From Takakia lepidozioides (Eukaryota; Plantae; Bryophyta): DNA of 64,000 nt. This document shows positions 1 through 11,446 of this stretch, piece by piece. Under the pieces are notes generated by a model. The model was given only the letters and a program-made list of their open reading frames with translations, was not told the DNA's origin and did no database searches. The stretch lies in NCBI GenBank assembly GCA_030704615.1, contig CM060731.1, positions 43,648,001-43,712,000 on the forward strand, read 5' to 3'. A program made the position numbers and the translations under genes. The number at the start of each line of letters is the position of its first letter. Position 1 is the first letter of the stretch.

Positions 1-493
1 CTTGAGCCCAGACTTGACATTTGTTGTCAAAAGGCTTATTTTGCCGAGTCTGAGGAGCAAGAGAGTCCAAAATTGGATAGATGTCTGTTTCAGAATTGTG
101 TTATTTGAGCTTACCCAAGCTTGAATCACATACATGTTAAGTCTCAGTGTGCAGTGAATATCACATGGACTTCATGTTGGCTTACAGAGACTGGAAGTAC
201 AGTGATCAAGAGATCCGTTGAAATAAAGTCCTAGTTTGTAAGGTGGGGGGGAGGTTGAGCTTGTAGTTACATCCAGTAAGTCTTGTTCAGAAGTTGAATA
301 TACCTGATACCTCCACTCCTATGGGAGCACTAGAAATGGAAGGGAAGTGTGGTGGGACAGCATACGGGGAACATCTGGCAGTGGTTGCTGGACAAAATGG
401 TCTTGCTGCCAGTATCACATATGGAGCAGGTTGGAGAGAGAAGAAGAGAGGTGGCAAGGTAGAGCTGATGAATTGTTGTTGATTGTTGTTCAG

Positions 494-3400
494 GAGGTTC
501 TGGAAGCCCTGCGAGCACGGTTTAATACTGCGAAGGAAGAAGTCAATTCCGAGCTTGCTGTATTTGCCGGGGATTTGATCGAGATTCTTGAAAAAAACTC
601 GGATGAGGCCCCTGATTGGCAAGAGAGGACAGAAGATCTACTGGTGTTGGCCCGTGAATGTGCACTCATGGGTCCCCAGGAGTTCCGAAAGCGATGTGAA
701 GGTATTGTCCAAGAACTAGATGACAAACGACAAGAGCTTCCCATGGGAGTGCTCAAGCAGTTGCACACACGGATGCTTTTCATCCTCACGCGCTGCACAC
801 GGCTGCTGCAGTTTCAGAAAGAGAATGGCTTAGATGAGGATGGGCCCCTTCACAGGCTCCACCAGCGTGCAAAAGTGGGTCCCCAGTTTGAGAGGCATTC
901 CAACTCTCTGGCCAACCAAAAAGGGAAATCAGTGGTGGAGATCGAGCCTGTGAAGGAAAGGAAATCCAGCTCGCCACCCCATGTTCATTCCGAGGATGCA
1001 GTCTCTATAGGCCCTGGGTGGAGAGGCAAAGATGAGGCCACAACATCAGCTGATGTTGTGCAGACGAGCAAAGAGGAAATGAAAGAATTGCCCAGCAAGC
1101 AAGATACGCAGGAGTCCATAAATCCAGTTAACTCTCTTGTCGCTGATCGGCTGGCATCCTGGAAAAAGTTCACATCTTCGTCCGAAGGTTGGGAAAGACA
1201 GTCCAGTAACCAGGACTTGATCCAGAGTGAAGCAGATATCAAGGCCAAAGTTCACAAAACAGAAGGCTTGCATTCAGACCTAGAGGATAGGAGGGCAGTG
1301 GCCGGTCCATCAAAAGACACAGGACCTCCAACGTCGTTGAAGCGGCGTCAGAGAGTCTCATGGGGTAATTGGGGTGACCAGCCAGGTGCTTTGGATGACA
1401 ATCTCCCAGTGATTTGTAGGATATGCGAAGAAGAGGTTCCCACATTGCATCTTGAAGAGCATTCTCGCGTTTGTGCATTTGCTGATAGGTGTGACCACAA
1501 GGCACTTAGCATTGATGAACGTCTCCGACGGCTGGCTGAAGTGCTTGAAAAGATGCTGGAATCCTACACTCCCAAGAGCTCTTTGATGGCTGCAATGGGG
1601 AGCCCCGACACAGCCAAGACATCTAGCTCTAACAATGGCGGTGAAAGCTCGGATGGTGGCCTATCAGAGAAGTTTGGCGGAGCTTCTGAGAAGCCTCTTG
1701 TCACTGAGAAGTTTGGAGGCGAATTGCTTCGTCGGGGCTCTGAGGAGATGCTAGAGGACTTGCATGAGATCGATACCATGGCTAGTATGGTTGATGAGCC
1801 AAGGATCAATCCCATAACTTGTAAAACACGGTTTGGGCCTAGGCCTGATCAGTTTATGGCTCCAGCGTCGTCATCTGCCGGTAGTGTGCTGGCACCAGCA
1901 TCCTCTGCAGGCAGCATAACTCCTCGTTCTCCCCTTGCCACTCCAAGGACCAGTCAGATTGACCTCCTTTTGGCTGAGCGAAGCAGCTTTGGAGAGGCAG
2001 AAGATCTTGTACAGGTCCTTTTCTCTCCCTGGCACTTCAAAGTTTCGTCGTCTCTCTATAATCGTCTTTCTCCTTCCTTTTAGTCTTCTGAGTTTTCTTT
2101 GAGGCTGTAACTTGGCTTTTTGTGGAAGCCTTCCAAGCTACAGGAAACCTGCCCAGCAGGAGCTAGCATTCTAAGTCAACAGGTGTGGTGTACATGTTTG
2201 CAATCAATGGTACTCCGTCTCTTGACTGTATGTAAAACTTTTGCTAAAGTTGCAAGACTTGTTGAGGAGGTTTCATCAAATTGTTTTGTACTTTTACCAG
2301 CCCATATTTCCATCCTTTTAGCTCCACGTTTTTGTCATAGCATGCTGCTGAGAAGGTGAAAGGAGGTGTACTGAATTGCATTGTCAGACTATGGTTGTGT
2401 ATCAGGATAAGATCTGGTTCAAATACTATTTTCTATTTGTTGAACCAAAATTAAAACACGTAGACATAGACGTCTTGCAGATAAACGAGTTGGCAGACAT
2501 TGCCCGGTGTATTGCAAACACAAATGCAGGCGATGAAGGAGCGCCCGAGTACATGATATCTTGCATGCAGGACTTACAGGATGTACTTCAGCACAATAAA
2601 GTTGAGGCATTAACTGTGGATACTTTCGGAAAAAGAATTGACAAACTCTGCAGGTGAGATTCTTAGCTAGTTGGAATGATGAATAGGTCAAGAAAGGCAA
2701 CATACCTTTTTGGCCTGAGTGGGTGATGTAGTGATCATGCTTTCACTCTATTGCTCCAAGGATGAAGACACAATATGTTGGAGGTTCTTAGAGAAAACTC
2801 AAATCCATGTATCAAAGTTGAGGTGATTGGGAAGGGAAGCAGCAAGATATATTTGGTTTCTTTTTCCTGCACTTGCTGTCAGCAGTCATCCTTGATGTAT
2901 GTCTTCGTGCTCATCTAGTTAAAAGACCTTTCGTTTGGGGTGTTCATCAGTTGAGCATTGCTAAAAGGCCCCAGGCAAAGTGCTTGCGTGTGCCAGCAGC
3001 AATTCAGCTGGTGGGCACCCCATTTTTTCATTTCTGGAAACAGGGTTTGGCCTTGAGTCATCTAAAACAGCAGGCGTTGTAACTGTCATTTAGAGATTCA
3101 GGACAGCAACATGTGAAAGAAATGGATAAAAGGAGGTTGAGAGACTGAGACTTTGTAGGTCACATCTATAATCTCATCGTTTGTTAATCGTACTATCATT
3201 ATGGGCTTTCTGCAGGGAAAAACTCCAGCAGGTTTGTGATACTTCGGATGCCAATGTGGACACATCAAGCAGTGCAGCTGAGGAAGACACTCCAGTAGAG
3301 GATGATGTGTTCCATAGTCAGAAGTCAACACCTGTGCACCCAACATATAAGGACCGAACCTCTATTGATGATTTTGAGATCATCAAGCCAATCAGCCGTG

Positions 3401-6400
3401 GCGCTTTTGGGAGGGTGTTCTTGGCAAGAAAACGGACTACTGGTGATTTCTTTGCCATAAAGGTGAGGCGTCATTCAGACCAAATGGTAGAGTGGAAAAT
3501 TTAATGATGGTGCAAGGTTCTCTTAGTCCTGAGTGCAAGATAATTTATCATGAGTGGGGCTTTTCTTTTCTCATTAACCTATAATTGCTGACCTGTATTA
3601 TTCCTGTGTAGATTGGTAGGCAGATGTAGGGGAGTTGAAGTTTCCAATTTTGTCTTCTAGTGTTGTGACATGTTTATTTTCCATCTGTGCTTTGGTTTTC
3701 TCTCTCCTTGTAACTCCTTCGTTTAATGTTGCAACTACAGGTTCTGAGGAAGGCAGACATGATCCGGAAGAATGCAGTTGAGAGTGTCCAGGCAGAACGC
3801 AATATTCTGATCTCTGCCCGGAATCCTTTCGTGGTATGCGGTTGTAACCACTCCTCGTTAATCTTTTTACATCTTTGTTTGACTCTTGACATATCATAAA
3901 CAACGCATGTGTGTGGGACTTAATAGGACTGTGGTTGTAGGTTCGGTTCTTCTACTCATTTACTTGCCGGGAGAATCTGTATTTGGTGATGGAGTACTTG
4001 AATGGAGGAGATGTCTATTCCATGCTTCGGAACCTGGGCTGCTTAGAAGAGGAAATGACTCGAGTTTATATTGCTGAGCTTGTAAGAACTCTCTCTCCCT
4101 CTCTCTCTGCCTCTCTCTCTCCCCCTCTCCCCCTCTCTCTCTCTCCCCCTCTCAACGACAGAGGAGAGGGAGGAAGTGATCTTAAGTGGCAGTGGGGTAG
4201 CCAAGAGATCCCGGTCCTCCCTTCCTACACTTACCTGGGCGTTGAGTTCTCCTCCAATTGTAATTGGGATGCACATATCCGGAAAGTTGTTCAAACTGGC
4301 AAGGGCAAAGCTCTGGGGCTCACTAAATTTTTCCACTGCAGAGGGGTCAACTCTGAGGTTAAGAAAACCATGCTTTGTCGCGTTATTAGACCTGCCTTGG
4401 AGTACGGATCTGCTATATGGGTTGATAACTCCAACCAGGCTAAGTCTCTAGAATCCATTCAAGTGGGGGTGCTTAAGGAGTGTATGTCAGCATGCTCCAA
4501 AACAGCCAATGTGGCTGTTCGGGGAGTTTGGCATTCCGTCCTTAAGCTCCCGACGAGATGAATTCAAGGTCAGATGGTGGGGTCAGCTGCAACATATGCC
4601 CAACACCAGATATCCTAAATTAATCGACTCTATATCTTGGAAACAGGACCGCCCTGTCAAACAGGCTAAGTCCTGGCAGAAGAGAGTAGAAGAGATCCTC
4701 AAGGATCTGGACCTGGATCCGCAAGTCTTGACCCTGCTGGATAAATCTGACTTAGAGGCTGTAGTGTCCTCAGCCATGTCTGTTGCCATGAGATTGTCTG
4801 ATGAAAATGGTCTGTGACATGGGGGAGGACATCTTGGATGACCTCAAGGGTCTACCCACTCTCGGCACTAGACTGAAATTTAAACTCAGGGCTGGAAGCC
4901 TACCTTTGAACAGCAAACAGAAGCAGAGAGGAAAGGGAGAGTGCAATTGCCCGTTGTGTGGGCAATCTGAAGACAGTATTCATTTTCTGATACACTGTCC
5001 GGGGTTCTCTCACCAAAGAGACGCTCTCTTCAAATCTATTAAGGGAATTGTGCCTGTACCCCTGTTTACCAACTTTGAAAGTCTCGAGGCTGAGCCAAAA
5101 GCCCAGGCCCTCCTGAGGCCTAGTTTTTGGGCAAATCACACACAGCAGATTGATGCTTGTGTGAAGGGATTTCTAGAGGATATCTGGAAAACCCGGATTA
5201 ATTCTATATATGGAGGTAAGTCTTACTACCAACGTCAGCCCCTGACAGAGGTAGGTTCTGTCCCTTTTGTTCCCGCTCAAACTGGGCGCGGGGTCAATGG
5301 CCACAAGGCTATGGCAAACAACGTCTTATGAGTACAATCTAGGCAGTAGTTGGAGCCGTTATGAGATTCTTTTTACAGTGGATATTACTCTCATACCGTC
5401 TTCTCAAGCATCTCACAGTTTCTGAGAATTTTTTGACGAGGTGCTATTTGTGAAGTGGCTGGAGTATCTAATAGAAGTCTGGAATCAATGTCTCAATGTC
5501 TACAGTGTTAGGCCTGTCCGAGGGCTCCTGACACTCTGTACCCCTAATCTAAGGAGACACGCATTACATAGATGCTGTGTTTAAGCAAATTGGGGGCTAT
5601 TACTAGAAGTCCAAAGTTAACTAACTTAACAACACTGCCTACCGTATTGCAGTGTTAGGCCTGTCCAAAGGTTCCTAACAACTTCTACCCTTATTTAGGA
5701 AGCATGCATTCCCTTATGTAGCTCAGAGTTTCATAGAAGGTCTCAAAGATAGGGACAGTGTGAAAAGGTCCCAAGTAGTTCCCTGCATGTGGGGTCGTTA
5801 TGTAAGAACCCCAAGACTTTTATGTATACTCACTATGCATTCCACTTCATCACACTTCTTGTGTGTCACTTCCAGAGCACAAGAAGGCTCCACAAGAACT
5901 GATACTGTAGTATCATCCAAAGTGCTCACTGTCCCAAGTCTACAACATCTCTACTCCCAGACACTCAACTACAAAGTCTTTTAAGTAGTGCAGTGCACAT
6001 GCAAGTAGTGCTGCTACCAACTAACTGCTATCCACTGCCATTTGTGCTAATCATGGACAACTCTTGTCTTGTACTGGACCAACATGACTTGTCATGTCTA
6101 GCTTTACTGTATTTCACCCCATCTCAGACTTCAGGGGCAATATTGTGTTATTTCTATTAGCATTATAAAGTAACGTTATTTTCCTGTGGGCAAGCTGGGC
6201 AAAAGGGGATCCGTCTAATCTGTGGGCATTAAGCTTCTGATCCATTGTAATGCATCTTCACATGGAGTAAAGGATCAACAGACTGTTGCTGTACCTCTTT
6301 ATGGTCAGTTTGACTGTTTGAGAAGCTCAGGAAACATGGAAGAGTTCCTTTGTTCTCGGGTGGATATTTATGTCAAGTTGATGCTATGCTACAGAGGATT

Positions 6401-9400
6401 TTGAAGAAAAATGGATATTATTTATAGATGTCTCACCGCTGGAGATGGTGGCTCACATTGGGGTCTCCCTCTATTGTTCTCCTACCTCCTCTCCTTGATA
6501 TCTCTGGTCCTTCCAACCTGGTAGTAGGCTTTACACAACAAGGTTAAAGCAGCTTTTAGGTCTAGTGGGTGCATCTCTTATCCAGATTTGGGGACTGCAT
6601 AATGCTGGTTGTGATGTGTGATAGGGATAGAATGTGCCTTTGTAACAGGGGTTCCCCTCTTTTGAACTTCAAGTGTTCCTGGACTCACATTATGTGTGTT
6701 TTTATTTTTCCACCTGTTTGGTTTGCTCCAGTTTTTTGTGAAGTGCAAATCTATCTGGTGTCTTGCTAAACTGTTAGCGTTTTTCCAGGTGCTGGCATTG
6801 GAGTATTTGCATTCGTTGGGGGTAGTCCACCGTGATGTGAAGCCCGATAACCTTCTGATTGCCCATGATGGACACATTAAGGTAGTAGTGGGAGGACTTC
6901 ACTTGAATGGAATAGCAGTTGGCACTCTATGGCTATATGAACTCTAGATAGATGAGATAGCACTGCTGTAGCTTGTTGGATTGTGGCTGCTGCATTTCCT
7001 CTTAACTTTCAGTAGTTTGTTCTTACTGTCTTAGGCTGTGCAAAGGGACTCCAGAGGTGGATGAAAGGTGAGGGTGGGGATACAAGAGACTCTGACCTGT
7101 CAAGTGGCTTTGTTGCAGCTAACGGATTTTGGCCTTTCAAGAGTAGGCCTCATCAATAGTACAGACGATTTGTCAGGCCCTGCTGTAAGTGGAACCATGC
7201 TGATGAAAGAAATTGCCAAGAACCACCAAGCATCTCCAGAGCCACTGCAGCAGAGAGAGAGGCGTCAGCAACGGCCAGCTGTTGGCACTCCCGATTATCT
7301 AGCCCCTGAGATTCTCTTGGGAACCTCTCATGGTATGTGCTCCTGCAGCTTATTTTGGGGTGTATTCAATGTAGCAATTTAGCAGGGGCTTAGAACACCC
7401 AGGCTACTGCAGCTTTGTTTAATGTCATTGTGTCTCTGCCTTTGTCCATCTCATTTCTCATTCTTTCTGTCTCACGTAAGGGGATTGTCCTCAGGTCCTG
7501 CTGCAGATTGGTGGTCCACGGGTGTCATTCTTTTTGAGTGCCTTACGGGGATTCCTCCCTTCAATGCTGAGCATCCCCAGGTATGTCTGGATTCTCTCAT
7601 ATATCCTAATGTTCTTCTCTTTCTCTTAGGTTCAGGCCTTGCCTGTATCCCAGGCTGGTCCTGTGATTGAAAATAAAACTCTGAAACTTTAGGTTGTTTA
7701 GTACTACCCTGGCCTACTTCGATCCCTGATTCTTGACGAAATTTTTTCACTTTCCATTTAGGTAGTTCCTTTACAAGACCTACTGGGCTGGCCATTTAGC
7801 CTCAGCAACCAATCTCATAGCAGTGAAACTTGCCTAACGTTACGTGTTTCTGGATTGGTGGTGGTCCAGCTTATTTTTAACAACATTCTCAACCGTAACA
7901 TTCCATGGCCCCGAGTTCCTGAGGACATGTCATATGATGCCCAGGATTTGATTGACAGGTATTTTAATGTCTGTCTTTCTTTTCAAATGAAGAAGTCTCC
8001 AGTCTCTACAATCCATTCTTTTGTGAAATTAAGCAGATGTGAAAAGATTGCAGAGCATGCATGATTTCCTCAGGGGATGTTGAACACAAAAATTGCTATT
8101 GCTCCTGTGGCTTGGTAACCACAGTGAAGGAGGTTGTTTGCATCTTAAACCCTGGCAAAAGTAAGAAGCATCTTACACTTTGGTGTTCTTTCCAGACTCT
8201 TGACTGAGGATCCCAATGAGCGCCTCGGAGCTAAGGGTGCTGCCGAGGTAAGCCTGATTTTTCAGTTGGAATAAGAAGCCATGGCTAGTAATTTCTTGCA
8301 GACAGTTTTGTGGTATGAGTGAGATCCGTTGCCTCTACAACATCAGGCTATCTTCAACTTCAGGCAAAGGTTTCATGTTAGGGGTATACAGATCACAGTT
8401 CACAGTGCAATTGTTCGTCATGGTTTATTTTGCAGGTGAAAGCGCATCCGTTTTTCAAAAACATCAACTGGGATACACTAGCCAGGCAAAAGGTGAAAGT
8501 TGTTTGTTTGTTTCTGTTTCACTGTCCCTTCCTCCAGAATTGGTTCCACTCATTCTACAGTTCTCATTACCTAGGAGAAAACTTTGTGTTGTGTGTCAAA
8601 GCGAGAACAAAATGCTTGCTTGGCTTGATGATGAGTCAAATGTGGCAGGCGGCTTTCATCCCAAGCCCTGACAGTGCGGATGATACAAGCTACTTCACCT
8701 CACGCCATACATGGAACTCCAGTGAGGGCCGATTCATCTCCGACCCTTGCTATGGTGACTCAAGTGATTATGGAAGTAGCAGTAGTGGAAGTACAAGCTC
8801 CTCGGATATTAGGCCTGAAGAAGGAGTAAGTGTGCTTCATATTTTCTGATTTCCAAGCCGTTTCATGCAGGAAGAAATTGCTGTCTTGCAGTGATGAAAT
8901 CTCTGTCGTGTTCGGTAGTTACCATGATGGGTATGCTGTTTGGTATTGGTGTAAGGAGCAGCCTCAGTTGGATGTAACCCATACTCTGCAAGTCCATGTT
9001 ACCTTGATGGAAGATGGAGATTTGCTTCTACTTGTTCACTCATGTACATGCACTAGGCTTCTCTTCACTAGGCTTTGAGCAGGCAGACAACTAGTTTTTG
9101 AATCAGAGGGTTTGAATAGATTGAGGAACCAACTGTTTGGTAAAGGGAAATCTAGCACGACTGGGAAGAGGCCTGAGGGCAAGCGTAAGGAAGCATAGTG
9201 GTATTTGTGAAGCAAATTGCACGAACTGTTTGATGACCCTGGCCCTTTAACAGGGAGACGAGTGTCGCGACATGGCTGAGTTCGAGACTACGCCCTCTGT
9301 CAAATACTCCTTCAGTAACTTCTCATTCAAGGTGTGTTCTGCTTCTTGTCTCTTGTTGCTAGGCATATGGATGCATGCTTATCTCTACTGTTTGCACATG

Positions 9401-9990
9401 GATGTTCTTCATATGTAGACCTGGGCACATATTTTGGCAATAGATTGGCCTGGTTGGTTGGTGGGAAGCTGAGGTCAAACCTTGCAAGGAAATGCCAGTG
9501 AGAAATACTTGGTCTGGCTAAACGAGGCATGTCTTTGTTTTAGCGGAATTCCTTGTTGGGGAGGGAAAGGTCTATCTCATGGTACAACAGAGTGGAGTGC
9601 TTAGGGCACTGACCACACTGCCTCCAAATCCACCTCTGGGTTATTTTAGGAAGACACTTCACATGTTCAAGCTGGCTGTGGGCAGGGCCATTGCCTGGTA
9701 AAAATTAGATATGCCAAATGAAAATGGGTGCAGGGAGGAACTAAGAAACCAGGGAAGTTGACTCATACAATGTATGAGTTCCTGCCTCCGAACAACACTG
9801 AGCTTTAGCTGGTCAAGGAACTGTTGGAAATAAACTCATTTCCAGGATTCTTCCTTGCGCTGGTTGTCATGAATTTTTGTCTGATAGGCGGAGGGGGGCA
9901 TGCATTGAACAGAATCTGTCGCAGTTGGCTTCCATCAACTATGACCTCCTTCTACAGACTGGAAAGGATTCACCCAAGGGCTCAAGTTGA
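494..9990 (+). CDS. IRE/IREH1-family AGC Ser/Thr kinase (MAST/Greatwall/Rim15-like), 5'-partial, 15 exons in window
   Basis: GT-AG exons 494-2014, 2481-2653, 3216-3462, 3741-3833, 3941-4081, 6789-6881, 7119-7332, 7495-7580, 7870-7958, 8196-8247, 8436-8492, 8649-8825, 9254-9331, 9913-9990 plus upstream exon(s) not resolved. Phases are consistent. Motifs: [37 protein letters not shown] zinc finger, [43 protein letters not shown]-terminal [18 protein letters not shown], stop TGA at 9988-9990. Confidence 0.93.
4088..4153 (+). repeat. Imperfect (CT)n microsatellite at the start of kinase intron, abutting a LINE fragment
   Basis: ctctctctccctctctctctgcctctctct... begins 6 nt after the splice donor at 4082. 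Confidence 0.9.
4154..5336 (+). mobile_element. 5'-truncated non-LTR retrotransposon (RTE/RTE-X-like) 3' end: RT C-terminal part plus CCHC finger, frameshifted
   Basis: ORF pieces 3983-4561, 4509-4817, 4801-5331 give [34 protein letters not shown] and [17 protein letters not shown]. The 3' end ...ggctatggcaaacaacgtcttatgagtac is shared with copies at 29.4-30.9 kb. Clade call is tentative. Confidence 0.8.
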
Positions 9991-10479
9991 ACATTGACTG
10001 CGAGTCCAGCTCCTTGGTTCTAAAACAACTTTGTGTGCCTCTCTAAAGTGTTGAAAATCTGAAACAGAGAGCACATGTCCTAGTGGCCGAGAGGGTCAGG
10101 ACCGTGAAGACCTTCCACACTCAGGCTCAAAGGGTCTTGCCTCATGTACCATGTACTATATGTAATATGTATCATATTATTCAGGCTATTCAGTTAGGTA
10201 GTCTTGTATTTTGTGTCTCCTCAAGCAAGCCTTGTCAAATTTTGGTGCGAGGAATCTCCACAAATTTCCTTCCATTAGAGAAGTTTGTATGGTTGTGGTT
10301 GTATGGATGTTGTCTGCCTTTTGGCTACGGTCAGAAAAGGAGTTCAGAGTGAGTCAAGCTGTTTATCTGCTAATTCTTCGGGCTCTCTCCACTGAGTCCA
10401 ATATGTAAGTCATAAGAGGCACATCTTAATCATAGTATGAGTGCTTTACAAAATAATACAGAAGCGGTAGAGATGTGGC

Positions 10480-10730
10480 AGGGTGTCCAGGAACTTTGGG
10501 CAGATGTACGTTCACCTCTGGGATCTCTCCCTAGTGGTCCAAACAGCATTACTGATGAATTCCTCGTGTTGACTATTCCTTTTGAAGCTTTTAGATTCCA
10601 AGTTACATCTATACCAGTAGTGGGTTAGCACAGGACCCAAGAGTTCCTCGATCAACCAATTGATTCTGCTTCCATCAAGCTTTGCTATCCTGATCTGAAG
10701 TGAGCGATTAAATTTCCATGCCAAGATTCC
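10480..10730 (-). mobile_element. Older, diverged MULE transposase fragment
   Basis: LDGSRINWLIEELLGPVLTHYWYRCNLESKSFKRNSQHEEFI aligns by eye with LGSRRVDWLISELTGDVLTHYWYMSHAKAYGFIRNKRQEGFV at 12.2-12.36 kb. Confidence 0.75.
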
Positions 10731-10804
10731 ATATCAGCAGTGATATCTAGATTGCATGAGGGACATTTTTTATGCCCTTGTGGTCCAGATGGTTAGTTTG
10801 GGAC

Positions 10805-11045
10805 CAATCATGTAACTCCTATCTATTTCATCTCTGATCATGTAACCCCAACTCTTGATCATGTCCCCCCACGCAATGTCCTCCTAACTCTTGTCATCCC
10901 ATATCATGGATGTCACCCTCAATCATGTCATCCCAAACGCTATCACCTGATCTCATGTGACCCAGATCATGTTAATCACCAGATGCCACCTTATTTCATG
11001 TAACCTCTAATTATGTCACCCCAAATCATGTAAGCCCGTGACCCT
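10805..11045. repeat. Degenerate short-motif array (CATGTCACCCC-like)
   Basis: Repeated catgtaaccc/catgtccccc/tgtcaccc motifs at roughly 20 bp spacing. The same motif occurs at 25910-26075 and inverted at 49760-49930. Confidence 0.7.
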
Positions 11046-11446
11046 TCTAAAATTGTTGTATTGTTCTTGCAGGGGGGTTGGTAGAACGTGAGCACACCTC
11101 TTCGAGGCAACAATACGCAGAGCTCGGTTTCAAACCCGCTGAGGCGGTTCAAAGTGTGTCCTGAACCCTAAACCTCAATGAAAAGCAACATACAAGTCCT
11201 CGTTGGCAGGCTGAAAAGATGCATTGGTCTTCCTCACCGTCTCCTGCAGATCACATGTATTAGCCACAATATTTAAGATCCAAAGCACTTCACCACCCCC
11301 TCATAGTTCACCATCCCATTTCCATGCACACACAAATTTGAAAAGACGTGTTCAGTCGGAAGGGCTACTTCAGATTATCCCTGCATAGACCAGCCTCATT
11401 TCCCATTAACTCAACATACACCCCATGGAAATGACAGACCTGAAGT

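Noticed and set aside
347-493. N-terminal 49 aa of the 578 aa ORF as the kinase start
   Set aside because: There is no ATG, and similarity to IRE kinases begins only after the acceptor at 493. This stretch is intronic read-through.
5503-5702. Two ~55 bp diverged direct repeats (cagtgttaggcctgtcc)
   Set aside because: An ordinary local intronic duplication with no further structure.
5801-6175. Possible solo LTR (starts TG, cgtta on both sides)
   Set aside because: It does not end in CA and there is no second copy, PBS or PPT in the window.
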